Source: Elusimicrobiales bacterium
Lineage (GTDB): Bacteria; Elusimicrobiota; Elusimicrobia; Elusimicrobiales; UBA9959
NCBI GenBank assembly: GCA_028713125.1
Contig: JAQTOU010000003.1
Location: forward strand, 467,286 to 531,285
Direction: 5' to 3'
Length of the DNA stretch: 64,000 nt
The notes beneath the pieces were generated by a model. The model made no database searches. It saw only the letters and a program-made list of their open reading frames with translations, and was not told where the DNA came from. A program made the translations under genes and the position numbers. How positions within the stretch are numbered: the first letter of the stretch is position 1; every line of letters begins with the position of its first letter. Shown piece by piece: positions 18,033-25,167 of the stretch.

Positions 18033-19705
18033 AAATTTTAAGCAGAGCGCTTTCGTATAACTGGAAATATTATGCCGCGGCGGTAGCGGTGTTCGTGGCT
18101 TTCTGGCAGATGTTCTCAATCTTCTCTTCCACGCGGGTGGCTGATGATAAGTTGTTGACGGCCATGCGTCAGAATGCGGATTATTTTGAGAAGGCTTTTC
18201 TTGAGGGGGATGTTTTTGAAACGCAGCGCATAATGTGGCGCATCAAGAATGACAATATAAAGCGGATAACTTTTCATCCTGTTGCGTTCGAGGGGTCGAA
18301 GTGGATATTTAAAGAGGCTATAGTCGGGAATCTCTACGACCGGCCGCGGGCGCAGCTTAACCGCAATGTGCCTTTCATTTCAAACGGCGCGGAATTAGGC
18401 CGGCTGGAATACGTTATCGATCTTGTGGATGTGAACTCGGCTGTTTTTGGGGAGAACTATGTCTTGTTCATAACCGTGGTGTTCTTTTTCATGGGACTGC
18501 TTGTGCTTTCAAATGTCGGGGCGATAAAAACTATTTTCAGCATAGAGCGCTGCGTGGATGAGACCAATGCGCTGGCGACCGCGGGCGAACATTCTAAAAT
18601 ACAGGATTCCATACAGCGCAGCATCCAGTCCCTGCCGGAAAGCCTGCGCGCTACTCCTTTTGCCGTGCTTATAGGCCGCCTTGCCGATGTGCTTCATAAG
18701 GCTTCACGCCTGGAGAGCGAGCTGGCTGTTTCAAAGGCCACTTCCGACCTGGCCGCGCAGGTGGCGCATGATATCAGGTCGCCGCTGGCCGCTCTGGGCG
18801 CCGCCGCCAAAGGCCTGGAGATGCCTGAGGACCAGCGCAAGCTGGTGGAAGGCGCCGTGGGCCGTATGCAGGGAATTGCGGATGACCTGCTGCAGCGTTA
18901 CCGCGCGCCTTCAGCAACGCATGCCGAGCCCAAACCGGCGGTTTGTGCGCTTGGCGGGCTTATAGAGCAGGTGCTTTCTGAAAAACGACTTCAGCATAAA
19001 GATAAGACCGGGGTTAAGATAGAGTTCAATGGCGCCTCCGGAGAGATCAAAGCCCTGGTCGAACCGAAAGAACTTCAGCGGCTGCTGTCCAACCTTGTTA
19101 ATAATTCCGTAGAAGCTTTTGACAAGAACGGCACAGTTGCAGTTTCCCTGTCGGGAGTAGACGGCAAAGTTTTGATAGAAGTGAAGGACAACGGCAAAGG
19201 CATCCCGGCGGATATCCTTTCGAAGCTCGGCCAGAAGGGGGAGACGCACGGAAAAACCGGCGGTAACGGACTCGGCCTTTACCATGCGCGCACTACAGTA
19301 GAGGCCTGGGGCGGCTCCTTCAAAATTAAATCAGAGCCGGGCAAAGGCACAGCCGTGCTGATAGAGCTTCCGCGTCCCGCCGCTCCGGTCGGACGTATGG
19401 TAGTCCTCCTGGACGATGATATGCTTGTGCATATGAACTGGAAACTGGCCGCGAAAGCCGCCGGGGTGGAACTGAAGGCTTATAAGACCAAAGAAGATTT
19501 TGCGGCAGGTATTGAAAGCCTGTCTAAAGACGTCCCTATCTATATAGATTCCGATTTGGGTAATAACGTTAAAGGCGAGGACATAGCCAAAGAGCTGAAT
19601 AATAAAGGCTTTACCAATCTCACCATGGCCACCGGCCACGGCGCGGATAAATTCTCCCACCTCCCTTGGCTCAAAGTAACCGGGAAAGAACCGCCTTGGG
19701 GCTAG
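18026..19705 (+). CDS. hybrid sensor histidine kinase (2-TM periplasmic sensor, HisKA, HATPase_c, C-terminal receiver)
   Basis: 559 aa. Overlaps the SBP gene by 7 nt. H-box AQVAHDIRSPLAAL, N-box LLSNLVNNSVEAF, G-boxes VKDNGKGIP and GGNGLGLY. The receiver shows VVLLDDD...IYIDSDLG...MATGH...GKEPP. Confidence 0.85.
   Translation: MVKILSRALSYNWKYYAAAVAVFVAFWQMFSIFSSTRVADDKLLTAMRQNADYFEKAFLEGDVFETQRIMWRIKNDNIKRITFHPVAFEGSKWIFKEAIVGNLYDRPRAQLNRNVPFISNGAELGRLEYVIDLVDVNSAVFGENYVLFITVVFFFMGLLVLSNVGAIKTIFSIERCVDETNALATAGEHSKIQDSIQRSIQSLPESLRATPFAVLIGRLADVLHKASRLESELAVSKATSDLAAQVAHDIRSPLAALGAAAKGLEMPEDQRKLVEGAVGRMQGIADDLLQRYRAPSATHAEPKPAVCALGGLIEQVLSEKRLQHKDKTGVKIEFNGASGEIKALVEPKELQRLLSNLVNNSVEAFDKNGTVAVSLSGVDGKVLIEVKDNGKGIPADILSKLGQKGETHGKTGGNGLGLYHARTTVEAWGGSFKIKSEPGKGTAVLIELPRPAAPVGRMVVLLDDDMLVHMNWKLAAKAAGVELKAYKTKEDFAAGIESLSKDVPIYIDSDLGNNVKGEDIAKELNNKGFTNLTMATGHGADKFSHLPWLKVTGKEPPWG
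18755..19705 (+). repeat. transmitter-receiver module, copy 1 (paralogous to 23653-24600)
   Basis: Nucleotide alignment by eye with 23653-24600 shows long identical runs, e.g. gtggcgcatgatatcaggtcgccgct and ggagatgcctgaggaccagcgcaa. Most codons are conserved. The 5' sensor parts are unrelated. Confidence 0.8.
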
Positions 19706-19726
19706 CTTTGCGGCCTCCTTTATAGA

Positions 19727-19756
19727 ACGGGCCCAGATGGGCCCGTTTTCTTTTCA
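19727..19756 (+). terminator. intrinsic terminator of the kinase operon
   Basis: acgggccc-agat-gggcccgt followed by tttcttttc. The U-tract runs into the first half-site of UAS site B. Confidence 0.75.
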
Positions 19757-19784
19757 AATGAAAATAAATATTTTCATTTGAGCA
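19751..19784. promoter_or_regulatory. two-dyad upstream element, site B
   Basis: TTTTCAAATGAAAA (19751-19764) and TTTTCATTTGAGCA (19771-19784), centres 20 bp apart. The order of the AA-centred and TT-centred dyads is swapped relative to sites C and D. The nearest sigma-54 promoters are about 570-600 bp away at 20329-20375. Confidence 0.5.
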
Positions 19785-19885
19785 TCTTTTGGGGTAGCCG
19801 GAAATTTGGCCGGACCCGCGCGGCCAGGCGGAATGGGGGAGGGCGGCAGTCCAATTGACTGCCGCCCCAGGCCCGGCCGGATAGT

Positions 19886-20278
19886 TTAATTCTCCCCTGA
19901 GCCGCCGCAGGCGTTGCAGGGGAAGTAGGCGTCGATACTCCCGCTTCCGCCGCAAAAATTGCACTCGTTGCTGCCGGCGCCGCCGCAGGAGCCGCAGGTC
20001 TGGTTCCCGCTGCCGCCGCAGAGATTGCAGGTCTGGGCCTCGCCGTAAACGGTCACGCTGCCTCCGCCTCCGCATTGGCCGCAGGTGTACTCGCCGTTGC
20101 CGCGGCAGTTCGAGCAGCGCTGCTGGCCGCCGCTGCAGGCGCCGCATTCATGCGACAGGTGGGTTTGCCCTGTTCCCCGGCAGGTTCTACACTCGCCCCT
20201 GGAAAGCGCTTCACTCTGAGCCACCCCGCTGATATTTATTGCGAACACTATAGCGATAATCAATTTTATCTTTTTCAT
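19886..20278 (-). CDS. secreted protein made of eight DnaJ-type CxxCxGxG zinc-finger motifs
   Basis: 130 aa with an AAGGAG RBS. Signal MKKIKLIIAIVFAINISGVAQ. The eight motifs are CRTCRGTG, CGACSGGQ, CSNCRGNG, CGQCGGGG, CNLCGGSG, CGSCGGAG, CNFCGGSG and CNACGGSG. Confidence 0.75.
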   Translation of the reverse strand: MKKIKLIIAIVFAINISGVAQSEALSRGECRTCRGTGQTHLSHECGACSGGQQRCSNCRGNGEYTCGQCGGGGSVTVYGEAQTCNLCGGSGNQTCGSCGGAGSNECNFCGGSGSIDAYFPCNACGGSGEN

Positions 20279-20328
20279 AATTCTCCTTGAGTTCCCATCA
20301 TCTGCAGAATGTGTTGTGAGCTCTGCGG

Positions 20329-20344
20329 AGCAATTGTTATGCCA
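20329..20344 (-). promoter_or_regulatory. sigma-54-type -24/-12 promoter (minus strand)
   Basis: The reverse complement reads TGGCATAACAATTGCT followed by ccgcag. GG-N10-GC spacing is exact. It lies about 50 nt upstream of the 20278 start. Confidence 0.7.
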
Positions 20345-20359
20345 AGGTCGGTTAAGCTA

Positions 20360-20375
20360 TGGCATTAAAATTGCT
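20360..20375 (+). promoter_or_regulatory. sigma-54-type -24/-12 promoter
   Basis: TGGCATTAAAATTGCT followed by ctgtag. GG-N10-GC spacing is exact. It lies about 40 nt upstream of the 20416 start and only 15 bp from the divergent promoter. Confidence 0.75.
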
Positions 20376-20415
20376 CTGTAGTCGGTGACGGGCTTGCAAA
20401 CTTTAGGAGGATAAA

Positions 20416-21081
20416 ATGAAAAAGCTGATAATAGTAGTTACCTTACTGGGGATCGCGGCGGCGCAGGTTAAAGCGCAGGATGTCGCGGGACAGTCCGGGC
20501 AGGCGGGCGCGGCCGACGCCGTATACGCCAGGGTTGTGGATGCCGAAGCTATGTCCTGGGCCTGGCGCATCGAGAGAGCTAAAGACATGAGTTATCAGAA
20601 CCTGGTGAAAGTGTCAGCCAACTGGGGCCGCGGCGAGGCCGTGCGCGGCCAGCTGCTTGCGAAGGTAAAGGAAATTGTTAATAAAGGACAGCTGCGCCGC
20701 CTGACCACCAGGGAAGATTCCGAGCTCGACGCCGCCAAGGCCGAGGCTCGCTCTATCCTTTCAGGCAGCCGGGCCCGCTCTGAAAGATCCTCCGGCCGGC
20801 GCGCGCCGAGGCAGAGCGCCATCGACGGGACCGCGCGCGAGATCCTGGAGGTCGAGGCGAAGTATTGGGCCTGGCGCATAGCCGTGGTCCGCAATATCAC
20901 CTACAATGAGCTGAAGGGCCATTCCGAGGGGTGGATGCGCGGGGTTGAGGTCAGCGATGAACTGCTGGCGAAAATAAGAATAAAACTCCAGTCCGGCGAG
21001 AACCAGGGGCTGAGCGGGGACGAACAGGCAAAGTTCGACGCTGGAAATAAAAAGATCAAACAGCTCCTCTCCCGCGCGTAA
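20416..21081 (+). CDS. secreted hypothetical protein with a two-fold internal repeat
   Basis: 221 aa with an AGGAGG RBS. Signal MKKLIIVVTLLGIAAAQVKA. Repeat units are AEAMSWAWRIERAKDMSYQNLVKVSANWGRGEAVRGQLLAKVKE and VEAKYWAWRIAVVRNITYNELKGHSEGWMRGVEVSDELLAKIRI. Confidence 0.6.
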   Translation: MKKLIIVVTLLGIAAAQVKAQDVAGQSGQAGAADAVYARVVDAEAMSWAWRIERAKDMSYQNLVKVSANWGRGEAVRGQLLAKVKEIVNKGQLRRLTTREDSELDAAKAEARSILSGSRARSERSSGRRAPRQSAIDGTAREILEVEAKYWAWRIAVVRNITYNELKGHSEGWMRGVEVSDELLAKIRIKLQSGENQGLSGDEQAKFDAGNKKIKQLLSRA

Positions 21082-21152
21082 ACCCGGGCGCGCGGCAGCC
21101 GGGAGACGGCAGCCGCGCAGTTTTCACTAAATGGTATATTGTGAGGATTAAT

Positions 21153-21956
21153 ATGAAACTTCTCTGTCTTATGCTGCTGCTGGCTTCCCCTGCTCTGGCT
21201 GATGAGGAGGAGGAACACCCGTATTTCTCTCCGGAGGAGGTACAGACCCTGGAGCCGGAGCGCTGTAAGGGCATGGTGGAGATCCCGGCCGGTCCTTTTA
21301 CTTTCGGGGATTCTTATGCCGCAGCCGGCAGGCGCACGCCGCCGGCTTTCAAGCATTTGATAAAGCCTGTCACCACAAAAACCACCGGCGCCTTCCTGAT
21401 GGACAAATGCGAAGTGACTCAGTTGCAGCAAGAAGCAGTATGGCTGATGGGGCGCGGTAAAACCGGCGACAAGCTGGACCTGAAGCAACCGAATGGAGAT
21501 CACCCCATGTTCGGGGCTAGGAAAGAATTCGCGGAGCTGTTCTGCAAGTACCTGGGCAAGCGCCTGCCCACCGAAGAGGAATGGGAGAAGGCCGCCCGCG
21601 GCGGAACCTCCACGGTATATTACTGGGGCGACGACTATAGGGATTCCAATACGTACGAGCAAAGCCCCCGGAAATACAATATGTCGGTCCCTACCGGATC
21701 TGTCGCCGAGAAAGCCCCTAACCAGTATGGGCTTTACGACATGCTCGGTAACGTGCCGGAAATGACCTCCGGCGAGTGCTGGAAAGGCGGCTCGATGATG
21801 CTTTATAGTGAATATTATGCTTCTGTCGGGCGCTGCGCGAAGGCGCCGGAGAAGGGCTGGGCGCATAGCTATGGCTGGCGCTGCGTCCGGGATATAGTTA
21901 AGCCTGTGGAGGGCGACGGGAATCAGAGCCAGGCGCAGGGAGAGGAAGTCCGGTAG
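21153..21956 (+). CDS. formylglycine-generating enzyme (FGE-sulfatase/SUMF1) family protein, secreted
   Basis: I prefer the start at ATG 21153 (GAGGA RBS; signal MKLLCLMLLLASPALA). LPTEEEWEKAARGG, NQYGLYDMLGNVPEMT and GWRCVRD blocks are typical of the FGE fold. Confidence 0.75.
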   Translation: MKLLCLMLLLASPALADEEEEHPYFSPEEVQTLEPERCKGMVEIPAGPFTFGDSYAAAGRRTPPAFKHLIKPVTTKTTGAFLMDKCEVTQLQQEAVWLMGRGKTGDKLDLKQPNGDHPMFGARKEFAELFCKYLGKRLPTEEEWEKAARGGTSTVYYWGDDYRDSNTYEQSPRKYNMSVPTGSVAEKAPNQYGLYDMLGNVPEMTSGECWKGGSMMLYSEYYASVGRCAKAPEKGWAHSYGWRCVRDIVKPVEGDGNQSQAQGEEVR

Positions 21957-22003
21957 CCGAGGCAAAGAGGCGCCCTGGGCGCAGCGGGCTAACTCGAAAT
22001 AAC

Positions 22004-22035
22004 AAAAAGCGGGCAATAGGCCCGCTTTTTCTTTT
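22004..22035 (+). terminator. intrinsic terminator
   Basis: agcgggc-aatag-gcccgct followed by ttttctttt. The U-tract runs into UAS site C. Confidence 0.7.
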
Positions 22036-22065
22036 CATTTGATAAGAACTATTTTCAAACGAAAA
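22032..22065. promoter_or_regulatory. two-dyad upstream element, site C
   Basis: TTTTCATTTGATAA (22032-22045) and TTTTCAAACGAAAA (22052-22065), centres 20 bp apart. The proximal centre is 84.5 bp upstream of the GG at 22143. Confidence 0.55.
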
Positions 22066-22141
22066 CATTTATCCAAGTTTGACCTTCTCAGCTGGTACTC
22101 TTTTATCCTGCAAATCCGGGTACTTGTACCCTTCTGGCTAC

Positions 22142-22157
22142 CGGCATAAAAAATGCT
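22142..22157 (+). promoter_or_regulatory. sigma-54-type -24/-12 promoter
   Basis: CGGCATAAAAAATGCT followed by tcgtcc. GG-N10-GC spacing is exact. It lies about 50 nt upstream of 22207. Confidence 0.7.
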
Positions 22158-22206
22158 TCGTCCAGGGAAAGATGTGAGATAGCGGATTCTTAAGGAGAAA
22201 GAGCTT

Positions 22207-22806
22207 ATGAAAGGCAAGTCAATTAGCAAAGTGTTGGTTGCAGCCCTTATTTTAGCGGCGGCAGCATCCGTCAATGGCTTCGCAGCTGTTCCGGCCGGTA
22301 TGGCGGATATAGTTGTGGAAGCCGGCGATATGGTCTCCATTACCATAGAGACGGTTGAAGGCAACGATATATCCTATGACCTGGAGCGCGCCGCCGCCGG
22401 AGAGCGGCCGGTGGCGGTCGAGCGAAGGCCGGGCGGCTTCCTGGTCAGGATCGCCGGAGAAGAGGCGGCTGTCGCCCGACGCGGCAAAGGCACGATGGCG
22501 GCTATTGTCACGCTGCGTATCCCTAAAGGCCGGAATGTTTCCATCAAAGGCCTCAATATGGTGGTTTCCGGGAATATCTCGGCTAAAAGCCTGCGGGTGA
22601 AAGCTTTGAGCGTCTCTATGCACGCGCTCAAGGTTTCCGCCGAGAGGGTAGACGTGGATACTGATTATGGGCAGTTCAGATTCACCCTTTCAAAGACCAA
22701 GGAATTAGCTATCAGATCCCGCCTCATTACAGGACGGATATTTCTGCCCGGCTCCGTAAAGGTCACTTGTCCTTCTTCAAAAGAGTTCACGCTGGTCAGG
22801 ACCTGA
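22207..22806 (+). CDS. secreted hypothetical protein, possibly beta-helical/adhesin-like (DUF4097-like)
   Basis: 199 aa with an AAGGAG RBS. Signal MKGKSISKVLVAALILAAAASVNGFA. It has repetitive V-S-x-x-L-x-V segments (VSIKGLNMVVSGNISAKSLRVKALSVSMHALKVSAERVDVDT). The family call is weak. Confidence 0.5.
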   Translation: MKGKSISKVLVAALILAAAASVNGFAAVPAGMADIVVEAGDMVSITIETVEGNDISYDLERAAAGERPVAVERRPGGFLVRIAGEEAAVARRGKGTMAAIVTLRIPKGRNVSIKGLNMVVSGNISAKSLRVKALSVSMHALKVSAERVDVDTDYGQFRFTLSKTKELAIRSRLITGRIFLPGSVKVTCPSSKEFTLVRT

Positions 22807-22885
22807 AGCCGCCGCGCGGCGCCTCACGCTCCCGGACTCCGATTTTGTATTATAGGGGTCTGGGAGCGGTTGCATATATAGGACG

Positions 22886-24616
22886 ATGAAAACTGATTTT
22901 AAACTGTTTCTAACGGTATTGCTGATAAGCCTCGGCCTCATGGCAGGGGTGTTCGGGTATGAATATTATGATTTTATGTACGTTCAGAAAGGGCGCTTGA
23001 GTTATGAATCGGTCCATCTCGCTTACCAGGTAACGCCCCCGGCTATTAAGGAGTATCTTCGCGCAAGCGAGAAAGAAAAGGGCGATTTTTGTAAATGGGT
23101 CTTTACTCCGGGGAAAATGGTCTATGTTTCTGTCCTGGATCCCCAGGGGAAGATGGTGTACCTGTGTACCGATAAAAACAGGGAAGCTGTTACGGCGGAC
23201 ATAGAAAAGCAGCCCCGGCACGCTCTGATCGGCACGCAGAAGATAATCGGGATCCCGGTGCTGATCGCCCGCCATCACGTCCTTTCCAATAAGGGGAAGC
23301 TCGGTTCCCTGGAAATAGCCTTCTCCTGGCTGCCACTGCATAACGAGTTCAATAAGAAGATGAAGATCTTCTTCCTCTCCTTTGGTCTTTTTGCCGCGGT
23401 CCTCGGGGTTTTGCTGGTGTACAGGGTGAGGACAGTACTGGAGCCGCTCAGTAAATTTGCCGCCAGCCTCAAGGAGATAGAGGCGGAATGGCCGCTTTCC
23501 CAGGAGGAGTTCCAGCGGCGTCTGCAGCCAGAGAAAGCCGGCCCCGAAACAAAACCTGTTCTTGAAGCTTTGAGAACCTCTCTTGTGAAACTGCTCGAGC
23601 ACCAGGAAGCGCTGCGTAAGTCCGAAGAGCTGGCCTCATTGGGAAAACTATCCGCGCAAGTGGCGCATGATATCAGGTCGCCGCTCGCGGCTTTGGGCGC
23701 CGCGGCCAAAGGTCTGGAGATGCCTGAGGACCAGCGCAAACTGGTGGAGGGCGCTGTCAGCCGAATGCAGGGGATAGCGGACGATTTGCTGCAGCGTTAC
23801 CGCGCGCCTTCAGCAGCGCAGGCCGCGGCCAAACCGGCGGCTTGCGCGCTGGCTGGTCTTATCGAGCAAGTGCTCTCTGAAAAACGCCTTCAGCACAAAG
23901 ATAAAACCGGTATTAAAATAGAATTCAATAGCGCTCCCGGAGAGATCAAAGCCCTGGTTGAGCCGAAAGAACTTCAGCGGCTTTTGTCCAACCTGGTGAA
24001 TAATTCCTTGGAAGCTTTTGATAAAGACGGGACGGTTTCCGTTTCTCTTTCGGCAGTAGACGGCAAAGTTTTGATTGAAGTGAAGGACAATGGCAAAGGC
24101 ATACCGGCGGAGATCCTCGCGAAACTGGGCCAAAAAGGCGTGACGCACGGGAAAGCCGGCGGGACCGGTCTGGGGCTTTACCACGCGCGCACCTCGGTTG
24201 AAGGCTGGGGCGGGAGCTTTAAAATAAAATCCGTGCCCGGCAAGGGCGCCACGGTTCTTATAGAGCTGCCCTGCCAGCCGGCTCCGGCGGGCGGCCTGGC
24301 CGTGCTCCTGGACGACGATTCGCTTGTGCATATGAACTGGAAACTTGCGGCCAAGGCAGCCGGCGTGGAACTTAGAGCATACAAAACCCCGGAAGATTTT
24401 GCCGCCGCGACAGAGACTTTGTCCAAGGATGCGGCTATCTATATAGATTCCGATCTTGGCAAAGACATTAAAGGCGAAGACATCGCCAAAGACCTGCGCG
24501 AAAAAGGCTTTACCGATATAACCATGGCCACCGGCCACGGTTCCGAAAAGTTCTCCCGCCTCCCCTGGCTCAAAGTAACCGGCAAAGAGCCGCCCTGGGC
24601 AAGTGGACAGTCCTAA
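22886..24616 (+). CDS. hybrid sensor histidine kinase (2-TM sensor, HisKA, HATPase_c, C-terminal receiver)
   Basis: 576 aa. H-box AQVAHDIRSPLAAL, then the same transmitter/receiver as the 18026 kinase. The N-terminal 250 aa are unrelated to it. Confidence 0.85.
   Translation: MKTDFKLFLTVLLISLGLMAGVFGYEYYDFMYVQKGRLSYESVHLAYQVTPPAIKEYLRASEKEKGDFCKWVFTPGKMVYVSVLDPQGKMVYLCTDKNREAVTADIEKQPRHALIGTQKIIGIPVLIARHHVLSNKGKLGSLEIAFSWLPLHNEFNKKMKIFFLSFGLFAAVLGVLLVYRVRTVLEPLSKFAASLKEIEAEWPLSQEEFQRRLQPEKAGPETKPVLEALRTSLVKLLEHQEALRKSEELASLGKLSAQVAHDIRSPLAALGAAAKGLEMPEDQRKLVEGAVSRMQGIADDLLQRYRAPSAAQAAAKPAACALAGLIEQVLSEKRLQHKDKTGIKIEFNSAPGEIKALVEPKELQRLLSNLVNNSLEAFDKDGTVSVSLSAVDGKVLIEVKDNGKGIPAEILAKLGQKGVTHGKAGGTGLGLYHARTSVEGWGGSFKIKSVPGKGATVLIELPCQPAPAGGLAVLLDDDSLVHMNWKLAAKAAGVELRAYKTPEDFAAATETLSKDAAIYIDSDLGKDIKGEDIAKDLREKGFTDITMATGHGSEKFSRLPWLKVTGKEPPWASGQS
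23653..24600 (+). repeat. transmitter-receiver module, copy 2 (paralogous to 18755-19705)
   Basis: See copy 1. The proteins share ...LPWLKVTGKEPPW at the end. Confidence 0.8.
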
Positions 24617-24669
24617 ATCATGATAAACGCCAAACATGGATGAAAAAGAGGGCTTTAGCTCTCCTTTTT

Positions 24670-24702
24670 GTTTCATTTGAGAATATTATTTTCAAATGAA
24701 AA
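24670..24702. promoter_or_regulatory. two-dyad upstream element, site D
   Basis: GTTTCATTTGAGAA (24670-24683) and TTTTCAAATGAAAA (24689-24702), centres 19 bp apart. The proximal centre is 95.5 bp upstream of the GG at 24791. Confidence 0.55.
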
Positions 24703-24789
24703 TATATTAAGCTGTTTAAATACTTCCAAAATGCAAACGAAACATGGTCTTTACTGCTAAATGCAGTGAAAATGGCCGTTTATTTGCAT

Positions 24790-24805
24790 TGGCATAAATA
24801 TTGCT
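24790..24805 (+). promoter_or_regulatory. sigma-54-type -24/-12 promoter of precursor A
   Basis: TGGCATAAATATTGCT followed by ttgtag. GG-N10-GC spacing is exact. Confidence 0.8.
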
Positions 24806-24852
24806 TTGTAGTGGGTGCAGGCGGACAAAACAGATATAAGGGGATAAATACA

Positions 24853-24984
24853 ATGGAAAATCTTAGGAATGTGATCGCGAAAGCCGGCATCGTACTGCCC
24901 GAAGTGACCCTAGCGCAGGAAGCCGATAAGAACTTATGCGGTCAGACCTGCATCGGCTGCACCACCGGTTTGCTCGGGGGCTGA
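24853..24984 (+). CDS. RiPP precursor peptide A (43 aa, Cys-rich core)
   Basis: MENLRNVIAKAGIVLPEVTLAQEADKNLCGQTCIGCTTGLLGG. AAGGGG RBS 9 nt upstream. The sigma-54 promoter lies inside the longer track ORF (24766), so the start must be the downstream ATG. Confidence 0.8.
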   Translation: MENLRNVIAKAGIVLPEVTLAQEADKNLCGQTCIGCTTGLLGG

Positions 24985-25008
24985 GAAAGATATGCGCAAG
25001 GTGGCGGG

Positions 25009-25032
25009 CACGTAGTGGCTAACCACTGCGTG
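25009..25032 (+). promoter_or_regulatory. conserved post-precursor hairpin A (attenuator or processing/stability element)
   Basis: cacgtagtgg (25009-25018) / ccactgcgtg (25023-25032): 10 bp with one G-U. A T6 run follows at 25042-25047. Confidence 0.5.
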
Positions 25033-25104
25033 TCCGGTTCATTTTTTGACGGTGCACAGACGTTCGCCGGGAGCGGGCTCAGCAGTTTATCGCCTTCAGA
25101 GTAT

Positions 25105-25120
25105 TGGCATAAAAAATGCT
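25105..25120 (+). promoter_or_regulatory. sigma-54-type -24/-12 promoter of precursor B
   Basis: TGGCATAAAAAATGCT followed by tcgtag. GG-N10-GC spacing is exact. Confidence 0.8.
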
Positions 25121-25167
25121 TCGTAGTGGGCGTAGGCAAACAAAACAGATATAAGGGGATAAATACA

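Larger units (their letters stand above)
24788..25033 (+). repeat. tandem promoter-precursor-hairpin unit, copy 1
   Basis: Promoter, 5' UTR, RBS and leader-coding part are nearly identical to 25103-25345 (offset 315 bp, then 312 bp after a one-codon difference in the core). Confidence 0.8.

Noticed and set aside
19704-19720. Minus-strand GG-N10-GC match left of UAS site B (rc aggaggccgcaaagct)
   Set aside because: Only the spacing matches. The TGGCA and TTGC contexts are missing, it overlaps the kinase stop, and such bare matches are frequent in GC-rich DNA.
20901-22016. 371-aa minus-strand ORF
   Set aside because: It is antisense to the FGE-fold gene and the 3' end of the repeat-protein gene. 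It has no RBS and low-complexity Arg/Pro/Ala composition, so I read it as a shadow ORF.
22860-22874. Possible sigma-54 promoter tgggagcggttgcat upstream of the 22886 kinase
   Set aside because: The GG to GC spacing is two nucleotides short of GG-N10-GC, and the extended consensus is absent.
24641-24668. Terminator after the 22886 kinase
   Set aside because: A T-run is present, but I could only pair about 4 bp (agag/ctct). That is too weak to call without a folding calculation.
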